A stretch of DNA of 64,000 nucleotides from an uncultured Actinomycetes bacterium (GTDB lineage: Bacteria > Actinomycetota > Acidimicrobiia > Spongiisociales > ZC4RG35). Location of the stretch: NCBI GenBank assembly GCA_937989945.1, contig CALKIG010000047.1, positions 14,637-78,636 of the forward strand, written 5' to 3'. Made by a program: the position numbers and the translations under genes. The notes under the pieces were generated by a model, which was not told the origin of the DNA, ran no database searches, and saw only the letters and a program-made list of their open reading frames with translations. Positions 1-8,594 of this stretch are shown here, one piece after another (the stretch's first letter is position 1; each line of letters starts with the position of its first letter).

Positions 1-13
1 AGATGGCGCATTC

Positions 14-1288
14 TTGACTTTCAGCCAGAACCAAACGGGAAGCTTGTCCCTGTCTGCGTGCTGTCGTCTTGCCAGAGTCGAGATCGCGACAGGAGCGATC
101 ACCGCGCTCACCGGGGCAGTGGGCGCGATCAGACCTGCATTGTCTCCTGACGGTGCCCTTCTTTCCTATGACAACCCAACCGGATTGTGGACAATGCCGT
201 CGGGAGGGGGCAGCCCCGTGCTCCGCGTCTTGAATGGATATGACTCGAGTTTCTCCCCCGACGGCGAATCTCTTGTTTACGTGATCAACGTCAATGGCCT
301 TCGGCGCCTTCGGACTGTGGACATAGATTCGGGCGTGGTTAGAACGCTGTTCTCGACGTCGGGTCAGATCGAATCCCCGAAATGGCGAGGAGGTCGCATC
401 TACTTCGTACACCACACCGGCTCTGGCTACGACGGGCGATCTGACGTCGAGCTCCGATCCATAACGACTTCCGGCACGGCGCTGAGAGTCGAATCGAGCT
501 ATGCCGATCAGAGAGTTGGTTTTGACGTCTTCGACAACAACGAGATTCTGTTCTACAGGTCTTCGAATGGTGACTTCAGCTACTTCGATATTGCGCCCGA
601 TGCCGCGTTGGGGTCGGCAATGGCATCAGGCTCCTACTCGGTGGGTTGGGATTCGATAACCGCCATTGATCTTCACGGCGATGGTCACGACGAGGTGTTC
701 TTCTACCGGCCCACGGATGGTGTCTTCAAGTATTACGAGACGGAGGCAGACGGTTCGCTCGGACCGGCTCTAGCCGACGGGACCTACTCGCTCGGTTGGG
801 ACTCGATAACTGCTGTCGACGTCGACGGCGACAGCCACGACGAAGTCATGTTCTATCGGTCGGCGGATGGAGTGTTCAAGTATTACGAGACCAAGCCCAC
901 TGGAGCGCTGGGGGCACTGCTGAGCTCCGGGAACTACTCGTTGGGATGGGACTCCATAACGAGAGTCGATCTCAACAGTGACGGTCGTGACGAGCTGCTC
1001 TTCTACCGATCTTCGGATGGGGTGTTCAAGTACTACGAGACCAAGGCGAATGGTTCTCTCGGTACTCTGCTGAGCTCCGGCACCTACTCCCTTGGTTGGG
1101 ATTCGATCACGAAGGTCGACCTGAACGGCGACGGCCTCGATGAAATGCTCTTCTTCAGAGCGTCCGATGGGACCTTCAAGTACTACGAGACGAAGCCGAC
1201 GGGGGCTCTTGGAACTTTGGTGAGCTCTGGGACGTATCGATCGGGATGGGACTTGGTGACCGCTATCCAGCTCGACGACCTCGGCTGA
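14..1288 (+). CDS. Secreted beta-propeller repeat protein, probably 5' partial. N-terminal PD40/TolB-like repeats (SPDGxLxY motifs) are followed by five 48-aa FG-GAP/VCBS-like blades (DEvFFYRssDGvFKYYet...GxYSLGWDSITxVDLdGDG).
   Basis: Reading frame is open back to nt 2. No signal peptide at the called start, so the gene probably continues upstream of the window. Five tandem 48-aa repeats are read directly from the translation. The DxDGDGxDE motif is Ca-binding-like. Confidence 0.6.
   Translation: MTFSQNQTGSLSLSACCRLARVEIATGAITALTGAVGAIRPALSPDGALLSYDNPTGLWTMPSGGGSPVLRVLNGYDSSFSPDGESLVYVINVNGLRRLRTVDIDSGVVRTLFSTSGQIESPKWRGGRIYFVHHTGSGYDGRSDVELRSITTSGTALRVESSYADQRVGFDVFDNNEILFYRSSNGDFSYFDIAPDAALGSAMASGSYSVGWDSITAIDLHGDGHDEVFFYRPTDGVFKYYETEADGSLGPALADGTYSLGWDSITAVDVDGDSHDEVMFYRSADGVFKYYETKPTGALGALLSSGNYSLGWDSITRVDLNSDGRDELLFYRSSDGVFKYYETKANGSLGTLLSSGTYSLGWDSITKVDLNGDGLDEMLFFRASDGTFKYYETKPTGALGTLVSSGTYRSGWDLVTAIQLDDLG
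541..1285 (+). repeat. Intragenic tandem repeat with a 144-nt period (5 copies) that encodes the 48-aa propeller blade. It is paralogous to the repeat at 2690-3420.
   Basis: Periodic translation FYR..DG.FKYY...G.YS.GWDSIT.VDLDGDG. The 38-nt stretch 1001-1038 matches 2849-2886 at 37 of 38 positions. Confidence 0.75.
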
Positions 1289-1351
1289 CCTATCACGCGT
1301 AGTCTCGCGTCAGTATCTCAAGACCGGCGATATCGATCCGATAGCTACATC

Positions 1352-3427
1352 GTGACTGTTCTAGACCGCAAAGCATGGCTCTCCGTCAGAGCCATGCTCC
1401 AGTCTCTGCTTGCTGGCGTCGTGCTTCTCGGTCTCATCGTTCCAGGGACCGCAGCCGCCAGCGAGCCGCCCCCGGATATAACTTTCGATGGCGCCGGGTG
1501 GGGTCACGGGGTCGGGATGTCTCAGTACGGAGCATACGGGATGGCGGTCGAGGGGCACACTGCTGACGAGATCATCTCGCATTACTACGCAGGTGCGTCA
1601 GTTGGAAGCTACGCAGCATCGCCGATCTGGGTCAATCTAGAGCGCGACTTCGAAGTGTTGCAGTTGACAGTTGGCGATGTCGGCGAGGGCGTGGGTGCTC
1701 CGGTCACGGTCACCGATGGAGCCACCGAAGTTCTTGCTGTCTCGGGTTCCACTATCGACATCGCAGCTTCTGGCACCGGCTGTGTGCTGACGGTGACAGC
1801 TCCAGAGGCCGCACCTGTGGTCCTCGATGATCCGGACTGCAGCATCGACATGCAGTGGTACGACTGGTCGACTGCCGGCACCGTGCCTACTACGAAGGTG
1901 ACCATCGTCGGATGCCTCTTGGCCGATTGGAACGTCTCGCCGACTATCCATCGACCTTGTGAATACGCAAGGGGAATGCTGCATCTCAGAACTGGCCCCG
2001 GAGGGCTGGATCTGTCGGCAGAAATGCTGATCGAAGACTATGTCGTGGGAACGTCGGAGATGCCCTACTCGTGGGACCAAGATGCTCTTCAGGCCCAGGC
2101 CATCGCTTCTCGCTCCTATGCGATTGGAAGACAACTAGATCGCGGCGACCCTGCGACGAACTCGTGTGACGGCTGGTGTCACGTCAAAGACAGCATCTCG
2201 GACCAGCGCTACGTGGGTTGGGGTCATTCAAATACCGGGCCATGGATAGCTGCCGTCCAGGCCACTGCCGGGGAGATAGTCAGCCACCCGTCTGCCCCCA
2301 ATGGAGTGGTCACGGCCTACTTCTCGTCATCTTCCGGCGGCTTGACTGAAAACGTCGAAGAGAAGTTTGGAGGGTCCCCAAAGGCATACCTCGTTTCGGT
2401 TGACGACAGCGTGGCCGTGGACGGGACGGTCTTCAATCCGAAGGCGTCATGGGTCACACCAATCGCGCATGACACCGTGGCAGCGGCGCTCGGGCTCGAC
2501 CTTCTGCTCGACGTCTCAATCGTCGACGTGAGGACGTCCGGGAGCGCGGCGATGCTCGAATTCAGCGGGCTCGACTCGGAGGGCGCTTACAAAGTGGTCC
2601 AGCAGACCGGCACCTGGACGCGCACTACTTTCGGGCTGTTCTCAGAGTGGTTCACTGTCGGATACCAGGCTCCGTTGCTCGAGTCAGACGAGATCTTTTT
2701 CTATCGCTCGTCTGACGGCACCTTCAAGTATTACAACACGAGCCCTGCCGCGAAGCTGGGGTCGCTGCTCAAATCGGGCCTCTACTCGCAAGGATGGGAC
2801 TCGATCACGGCCGTCGATCTCGATGGCGACTCTCAGGACGAGGTCTTCTTCTACCGGTCTTCGGATGGGGTGTTCAAGTACTACGACGTGAAGAGCGACG
2901 GAACCCTCGGCGCCCCGATCAAAACAGGCGTCTACTCGTTGGGCTGGGACTCGATTACCGCGGTGGATCTGGATGGGGACGCTCAGGACGAGCTCTTCTT
3001 CTACCGGTCGTCTGACGGCACGTTCAAGTATTACGACGTCAAGTCCACCGGAGCTCTGGGTGCGCCGATCAAGCAAGGCGTCTACTCGTTGGGCTGGGAC
3101 TCGATCACACGGGTTGACGTAGACGGCGATGGCCAGGACGAGTTCTTCTTCTACCGATCCACAGATGGCACGTTCAAGTATTACGACGTGACGGCCTCTG
3201 GCTCACTTGGCAACCTATTGAGCTCAGGCACGTATTCAGTCGGCTGGAGTGCAATCACGGCCGTCGACCTCGATGGCGATGAGCAGGATGAGCTCTTTTT
3301 CTACCGGTCGAGTGATGGGACCTACAAGTACTACAACGTGAAGTCAAGCGGCTCACTCGGAGCTCTCTTGAGCTCGGGCTTCTACTCCGTGGGATGGGAT
3401 TCCATCACCGCTCTGCAACTCGACTGA
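1352..3427 (+). CDS. Secreted SpoIID/LytB-domain protein fused to five C-terminal 48-aa FG-GAP-like beta-propeller repeats.
   Basis: N-terminal signal/TM segment (LLAGVVLLGLIVPGTAAA; alternative start at 1394). Contains the SpoIID/LytB hallmark GHGVGMSQYGAYGMA. The C-terminal 240 aa are five tandem copies of the same repeat found in the upstream gene. Confidence 0.7.
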   Translation: MTVLDRKAWLSVRAMLQSLLAGVVLLGLIVPGTAAASEPPPDITFDGAGWGHGVGMSQYGAYGMAVEGHTADEIISHYYAGASVGSYAASPIWVNLERDFEVLQLTVGDVGEGVGAPVTVTDGATEVLAVSGSTIDIAASGTGCVLTVTAPEAAPVVLDDPDCSIDMQWYDWSTAGTVPTTKVTIVGCLLADWNVSPTIHRPCEYARGMLHLRTGPGGLDLSAEMLIEDYVVGTSEMPYSWDQDALQAQAIASRSYAIGRQLDRGDPATNSCDGWCHVKDSISDQRYVGWGHSNTGPWIAAVQATAGEIVSHPSAPNGVVTAYFSSSSGGLTENVEEKFGGSPKAYLVSVDDSVAVDGTVFNPKASWVTPIAHDTVAAALGLDLLLDVSIVDVRTSGSAAMLEFSGLDSEGAYKVVQQTGTWTRTTFGLFSEWFTVGYQAPLLESDEIFFYRSSDGTFKYYNTSPAAKLGSLLKSGLYSQGWDSITAVDLDGDSQDEVFFYRSSDGVFKYYDVKSDGTLGAPIKTGVYSLGWDSITAVDLDGDAQDELFFYRSSDGTFKYYDVKSTGALGAPIKQGVYSLGWDSITRVDVDGDGQDEFFFYRSTDGTFKYYDVTASGSLGNLLSSGTYSVGWSAITAVDLDGDEQDELFFYRSSDGTYKYYNVKSSGSLGALLSSGFYSVGWDSITALQLD
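2690..3420 (+). repeat. Intragenic tandem repeat with a 144-nt period (about 5 copies). It is paralogous to the repeat at 541-1285.
   Basis: The translation shows DE.FFYRSSDG.FKYY(D/N)V...LG.....G.YS.GWDSITAVDLDGD repeated five times. Confidence 0.75.
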
Positions 3428-3434
3428 TAGCCCT

Positions 3435-3905
3435 CTAGCGGACGAGAAGCCGGATCGCCGAGGTGCCTCTGAAGGCCAGCGCCGTTGGAAGGTCGAAGAC
3501 ATCGAACACCACCAACTCCTCGACACCTTCAGCCTCTTCGAGAACGGCCAGTCGGTCAATCAAATAACTGTTGAGGGGATGAGCCTGCGCTTCGCGCATG
3601 GTCTCGTCGGTCTGCCGCCACAGTGACCTCACCTTCCTGGCCACTCTTTCGGCCAGTCTGCCGACGCGCGTCCCACCCCGCATCCAGGCCAGCAGATGGC
3701 GGCGCGCCGCCTGGCTTGCTCGAGTCGGATCCATCACCGCTGGTGAAGCAGACGTCGCATTGACGAGAGTGGTGTCGGGAAGGTCGAATTGGGCGAAGGC
3801 TCCCGGGTCGCCGGTGAAGATGACGTAGTCGTGGGCATCGTCCGCGGCGATGTATGCGGCGCAGGCGTTGGCTCTCAATGTCTGCGTGATGAGGGCTACC
3901 TTCAT
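3435..3905 (-). CDS. Hypothetical protein, 156 aa, the last gene of the minus-strand glycan operon.
   Basis: Its start overlaps the stop of the upstream GT4 gene (ATGA-type coupling). I recognise no domain. Confidence 0.4.
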   Translation of the reverse strand: MKVALITQTLRANACAAYIAADDAHDYVIFTGDPGAFAQFDLPDTTLVNATSASPAVMDPTRASQAARRHLLAWMRGGTRVGRLAERVARKVRSLWRQTDETMREAQAHPLNSYLIDRLAVLEEAEGVEELVVFDVFDLPTALAFRGTSAIRLLVR

Positions 3906-5086
3906 TACTCGATGACCCGGCGGTAGACATCGATGATTTGGCTGGCCACGTTCTCGGCAGCGAAGCGTTCCTCGACCATCGCCCTACCGGCCTGTGGGTC
4001 CAGCCGGGAAATGTCATCTCGTAGCGCCGCAACGCTTTCAGCGATCGCCTCTGGGGGCGTGTCGTTGTCGAGGAGTAGCCCGCAAGCCCGCTCGAGATCA
4101 CCCCAGGTCGACTCGGCCCCGCCATTACGCAGAGACACAACCGGAAGGCCCGATCCGATCGCTTCGAGTGTCGCAATGCCAAATGTCTCGAACGGGCTCA
4201 AGTGAACCAGTACGTCGGCGCCCTCAAAGAAGCCGGTGAGCTCATCGTGGGATCTTGGACCTGCGATTGTGACAGAGCCGGCGATGCCCGCTTGCGACGA
4301 GAATCTCTCGATGGTGGGGCGCAGCGGACCATCCCCAACAACAGTCAGGGTCGCGTTGGGGTCGTAGCTCGTTCGGTACTCGGCGAAGCTGGCGAGGAGA
4401 GCGTCGATGCCCTTGTGGGGCATGAGGCCCCCAACGTAAATCCATGCACTCAGTTTCGTCGTTTTCTTACGTAGGAAAGGCAGATCGGAAAGGTCGACGA
4501 TGTTCGGGATCACCTCGATTTTGTCACGAGCCAGACTGCCGAACGCTTCGATCAGGAGGTCGCGCAGGAAGCTGGATACGCAGATGAATGCCGACGATGC
4601 TTCGAGCGCCTCGCGATATGCCGATCTCGACTCGGGATGGCGCAGGATCTCTTGGAGTGTCGATTGATGTTCGGTGATCACGAGAGGGCTATCACCAAGG
4701 CGCACTGCGGCCCACGCCGTAGGGACACCGAGGTGGGCATGCGTCAGCTCTCCTCTCGGCGGGAGTATGCGACGCTTCAACTCGATCGCCGTGGCGAATG
4801 CTCGGGCCCGTCCCATCTGTCCCGAGCGCGCCGGGACCGGTGCCGGGATCCAGCGCGCACCGTTCTGGTCGTCATAGACGGCTTCGGGGTCCTCGCGTCC
4901 CAGGAAGGCCATCGATTCGTGGATGTTCTCCGGTATGGGCCCGCCCGGTGCCGGGTAGATCGTCGGAACCTCCACGTCGACGATCACGCCTCGAGAGCGA
5001 ACAGCTTCGACGCTTTTCTGAACGAAGATTCCGGAGTAGACCGAGTGTCGGCCGGGATACCAAGGTGTCACGAGATTCACATGCAT
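3905..5086 (-). CDS. Glycosyltransferase family 4 (GT-B fold, retaining).
   Basis: C-terminal GT1/GT4 signature (FFEGADVLVHLSPFETFGIATLEAIGSGLPVV). I place the start at the internal Met of MHVNLVTPWYPG (5086) rather than the ORF-track start 5191, which would overlap the upstream gene. Confidence 0.8.
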   Translation of the reverse strand: MHVNLVTPWYPGRHSVYSGIFVQKSVEAVRSRGVIVDVEVPTIYPAPGGPIPENIHESMAFLGREDPEAVYDDQNGARWIPAPVPARSGQMGRARAFATAIELKRRILPPRGELTHAHLGVPTAWAAVRLGDSPLVITEHQSTLQEILRHPESRSAYREALEASSAFICVSSFLRDLLIEAFGSLARDKIEVIPNIVDLSDLPFLRKKTTKLSAWIYVGGLMPHKGIDALLASFAEYRTSYDPNATLTVVGDGPLRPTIERFSSQAGIAGSVTIAGPRSHDELTGFFEGADVLVHLSPFETFGIATLEAIGSGLPVVSLRNGGAESTWGDLERACGLLLDNDTPPEAIAESVAALRDDISRLDPQAGRAMVEERFAAENVASQIIDVYRRVIE

Positions 5087-5090
5087 CTGG

Positions 5091-5582
5091 TCACGCCCTT
5101 GCGATTGGAGCATTCGGCCAGATCCGGGCAGCGTGCCAGGCCGCGGTTGCCGCGTGGTCATCGCAGTAGACAACCATGCCGGGCTCGACAAGAGACTGGA
5201 GGGCTCGGACCTGGCCCGATATGAGCCGCCAACTGAAGTAGCCTCGTGTCGCCGTGTTCAGCTTGCGGATCATCCTCGCCCAGAACGCCCATGGGTCCCC
5301 GCGGCTGGCTGAACGATTCTCGGCTTTGACCTGCGCCCGGACAGGCAGTCGATTCCTCTCGGCTGCGCTGTACCGAACCACGATCAACCCTTGTTCCATC
5401 AGTATTGGTCCGTTGGCTCCAGGTGACCATCCGTCGAACCAGATGACCTTCTCTCCTGAGCTGCTCCAAGTTTTGGCTCGGCCGACTGCGGAGTCGTAGC
5501 CCTTCTCGGTCACTCCACCAAGGAGTATGAATGCGCGGTCGAAGCCGGGCGTCGACGTGACCAGATCTTCGAGCGAGCTCAT
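5091..5582 (-). CDS. Hypothetical protein, 163 aa, lying between two GT4 genes.
   Basis: It fills the gap between the GT4 genes exactly, with 4-nt start/stop overlaps on both sides. I recognise no domain. Confidence 0.4.
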   Translation of the reverse strand: MSSLEDLVTSTPGFDRAFILLGGVTEKGYDSAVGRAKTWSSSGEKVIWFDGWSPGANGPILMEQGLIVVRYSAAERNRLPVRAQVKAENRSASRGDPWAFWARMIRKLNTATRGYFSWRLISGQVRALQSLVEPGMVVYCDDHAATAAWHAARIWPNAPIARA

Positions 5583-6886
5583 CGGCTCTCTTCGATCAGC
5601 TGAACCATTCTTGCCATTGTCACCTGACGGTCGAAGCTGCGCATAGCCTGTCTCACGAACTGAATGTCGTCGGAGCCCTGCTCCTTGCGGGCTCGCTCAG
5701 CGGCCCTCAAGGCGTTGGCAACGGATTGAACATTCGGGTTGGCCATTTGGGCCAGTGGATGGTCACCAGAGACACGCCGGGCGTCGCCGCCCTCTGCCTG
5801 GACGCACACCAATGGAATCCCGACTGCCATGGCTTCGTAGATCTTGCCACTGGTGACCAGCGGAGAGCCAGGGACCGGCACTATCACTACGTCGAGGGAG
5901 GCGTAGAACGCCGCCACTTCAGACTTCGAGACGGCGCCGATGAACTCGAAACCGTCTGCCTCACCCGGGAGGACGCGCTCAAGGGGCTCGGCGCTCTTGG
6001 CGAAGTATCCGAGGTGGCCACCCAGGATGAGCTTGCTTCCAACAGGTAGCTCATTCCGTACCACTCTCCAGGCCTGAAGAATCGGCTCCAGCGGCCATCT
6101 GTCATTCACGGTTCCGAGGATTCCAAAACGAAGCGGGCCGCCCGCGTATGTCGCTGGAGTGATGTGGACACTGTCTTGGTCGAATCCATTGAGAACGACG
6201 TGTTGTTTGTCGGCAGCGTCTGGATACTTCGTTGCGTAGGCCTCGGCGATGGCATCGTTCACGTGGATGCAGGAGGAGGCGCCGTCGACTATTCGCTTCT
6301 CGACCAGCTCGGTGCCGGCGGGCAGCCTCGCCCGATTGCCTGTGAATACGTCGATCGTCCACGGATCGCGAAAATCAACTGCGTACGGAATATCGAGCTC
6401 ATCGGCTATCCGTCTGGCGGCTTCAAAGGAGGAGAACGGGTTCCCCGTGGCTAGAACGTGGTCGAACTTCTCGCCGCGCTCGGCGATCGCGGCCACTACG
6501 GGGTCGATCCATGAGGAGTAGCTCTCCTCGAGTTCGGGCATCCGGGATGTGATTGGAGCCAGAAGGGAGTCTTTGATCGGTCCCATGAGGCTTCTCCAGG
6601 CCTGCCACATGACCGGGAAGTTGCCGCGAAAATGGCCCACCTCCCTCAGGTCCGGGTCGAAACTGAACGGCACCCGTTCGACTCTCGCAGCTGCGGGTAT
6701 CTCGGATAGCAGGGAGCGGTCGAGAGAGCCTATCTCGTTCTCCAGGAATCGTTCCGTCGTCGTCACAACGGTGACTTCCCACCCGGCCTCGACGAACGCT
6801 CGAGTCGTTGCGAGCGCACGATAGACCCCCGAAGCTCTCGACGGCGGGTACCAGAAAGCTATGTACAGAAGGCGTCGCGAGGTCAT
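5579..6886 (-). CDS. Glycosyltransferase family 4.
   Basis: N-terminal GT4 domain (LLYIAFWYPPSRASGVYR) and a C-terminal E..E motif region (SGKIYEAMAVGIPLV). There is a 4-nt overlap with the ABC ATPase gene. Confidence 0.8.
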   Translation of the reverse strand: MTSRRLLYIAFWYPPSRASGVYRALATTRAFVEAGWEVTVVTTTERFLENEIGSLDRSLLSEIPAAARVERVPFSFDPDLREVGHFRGNFPVMWQAWRSLMGPIKDSLLAPITSRMPELEESYSSWIDPVVAAIAERGEKFDHVLATGNPFSSFEAARRIADELDIPYAVDFRDPWTIDVFTGNRARLPAGTELVEKRIVDGASSCIHVNDAIAEAYATKYPDAADKQHVVLNGFDQDSVHITPATYAGGPLRFGILGTVNDRWPLEPILQAWRVVRNELPVGSKLILGGHLGYFAKSAEPLERVLPGEADGFEFIGAVSKSEVAAFYASLDVVIVPVPGSPLVTSGKIYEAMAVGIPLVCVQAEGGDARRVSGDHPLAQMANPNVQSVANALRAAERARKEQGSDDIQFVRQAMRSFDRQVTMARMVQLIEESR

Positions 6887-7680
6887 CCCTCGGCGATCAT
6901 GCGGTCAAGCTGTGCCCGCTCCTTCGCGGTTTTTTGGAAGTCCTCGTAGGCGGCCGTGACCTCGTTGACCTCACCGGTCATCCGGATCTGGCCTTGGTGT
7001 AGCCAGATTGCTTCGGTAGCCATCTCGGCCACGAGCGAAGAAGAGTGAGATACCACCACGATGGTCTGCGCCTCATTGCACATGTCTTTGACCTTCTGAA
7101 CTGCCTTGCTCCGGAAGGAGGCATCACCAGCGGATAGTGCTTCGTCGATCAGCAAGATCTCCGGGTCCACATGCGTTGCCACGGCAAAAGCCAGCCGTCC
7201 GAACATTCCGGAGCTGTACGTTGTGGTCGGGAGGTCTATGAACCCGCCGATGTCGGCGAACTCGATTATCGACTCTTGCTTGTCGCGTACTTCGTCCATG
7301 CTCATTCCCGCCGCCAGACCGCCCAAGATGACGTTCTCGCGTCCGGAGAGCTTTCTGTTGAAGCCCATCCCCGGGGCAAGGAGATGCGGACGGCCCCAAA
7401 GGTCGATTTGTCCCTGTGAAGGCTTCAAAACCCCTGCAATCGTCTTGAGCAGCGTGGACTTGCCCGCCCCATTGCCCCCCACGAGACCGACGGCACTTCC
7501 GGACTTCACGTTGAAAGAGACATCCTTAACAGCTTCGATGTCTCGTTTACGGGTGTGCTTCTTGAAGGGCGACGTGCGCTGGTGTCGCGGTATCTCGACG
7601 ACTGCCGAGTAGGAGACGGACAGGTCGGTTACGCGTATCGCGTCAGTTCCGGACTGCAAAATCATCCTCCCTCGCAACAA
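6883..7680 (-). CDS. ABC transporter ATP-binding protein of the polysaccharide/teichoic-acid export type (Wzt/TagH/KpsT-like).
   Basis: Walker A GGNGAGKST, ABC signature YSSGM, Walker B LLIDEALSAGD. It is adjacent to an ABC-2 permease. Confidence 0.85.
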   Translation of the reverse strand: MLRGRMILQSGTDAIRVTDLSVSYSAVVEIPRHQRTSPFKKHTRKRDIEAVKDVSFNVKSGSAVGLVGGNGAGKSTLLKTIAGVLKPSQGQIDLWGRPHLLAPGMGFNRKLSGRENVILGGLAAGMSMDEVRDKQESIIEFADIGGFIDLPTTTYSSGMFGRLAFAVATHVDPEILLIDEALSAGDASFRSKAVQKVKDMCNEAQTIVVVSHSSSLVAEMATEAIWLHQGQIRMTGEVNEVTAAYEDFQKTAKERAQLDRMIAEG

Positions 7681-8587
7681 AAATCAGGAATCCGACTATC
7701 ACGGCGCCAATAGCCCATGCCGTGAAGACACCTATCTGACCGACGATGCTCGGCCCACCAGCTTCCAGCGGGCCGCCAAAAGCAATCGTCCAGGCGGTCA
7801 TCCCTGAAAACATCGGATTCCATCTCGCGATCATTTCGAGCGTCGAGGGCCCAAGCACCTGGGTGTACTCCCAGATGGCGGGCGATAGATAGAGCCACAG
7901 CCTCAGGGCGTGGGGCAGTAGCCGTGAGATGTCTCGGATGTAGACGTTGAGCACGGCGAACAGAAGAGACAATCCAAATCCGAAGAGCGACGTGATGACT
8001 ATCAGGACGGGAATCCAGAGCATCTCTATGTGGATCCCTCGCTGTGCGAGGAAGTGGATCGGAACGTAGGCAATCAACGAACGGAGAAAGAGGTTCACGG
8101 AACTGATCGCAGACGCGAACGGAAGCACCACCCTCGGTATGGCTGACTGTGAGAGCAGACCCGCAGCTGCGTTCTGGATCGTGCCGACCCCCGTTGTGAT
8201 CGTCCCTGAGAAGAACATCCAGACGTAGAGGTTCCCGACGATCAGGGCAAGGCGCTCGGCGTCGCCGAGGCCGCCGGCCAGTATCCCGACGAAAATGAAG
8301 TAGATAACTCCAAAGAGGAGCGGGTTGAGCACGTGCCACGCTCGCCCCAGGACCGTCTCGAAATTCCGGGCCTTTATGTCCGCTTTGGACCAGTACCACG
8401 CAAACGTCCGATACCGGAACGCTTCCGAGAGGTAATCGCCGAGGGGAGGCAACCCGAGGGCGGTGGTCCGGCGCGAAATAGGGGGATTGGTGTCTTCGGT
8501 AGTTGCAGCGTCCACTAGTCGTCGATTGTGGGAACGGCCGCATGTTAGCGGTCCCCCGGACGCATGCTCAGGTGAGCCGCCGAGCAA
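7643..8587 (-). CDS. ABC-2 type transporter permease (Wzm/TagG-like). The start is uncertain.
   Basis: N-terminal ABC-2 motif region (FRYRTFAWYWSKADIKARNFETVLGRAWHVLNPLL) followed by six hydrophobic segments. A GTG alternative start lies near 8515. Confidence 0.75.
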   Translation of the reverse strand: MLGGSPEHASGGPLTCGRSHNRRLVDAATTEDTNPPISRRTTALGLPPLGDYLSEAFRYRTFAWYWSKADIKARNFETVLGRAWHVLNPLLFGVIYFIFVGILAGGLGDAERLALIVGNLYVWMFFSGTITTGVGTIQNAAAGLLSQSAIPRVVLPFASAISSVNLFLRSLIAYVPIHFLAQRGIHIEMLWIPVLIVITSLFGFGLSLLFAVLNVYIRDISRLLPHALRLWLYLSPAIWEYTQVLGPSTLEMIARWNPMFSGMTAWTIAFGGPLEAGGPSIVGQIGVFTAWAIGAVIVGFLIFVAREDDFAVRN

Positions 8588-8594
8588 CCCTTGG

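Noticed and set aside
796-981. Short alternative-frame ORFs inside the repeat-protein genes (for example 796..981, 1361..1582, 1637..2134 and 2684..3076).
   Set aside because: They overlap well-supported genes in other frames and translate to Arg/Pro-rich low-complexity sequence. This is typical of spurious open frames in high-GC DNA.
7662-8543. A 293-aa alternative-frame ORF inside the ABC-2 permease gene.
   Set aside because: It is in the same orientation but a different frame, with an Arg/Pro-rich translation. The permease frame carries the ABC-2 motif and the TM helices.
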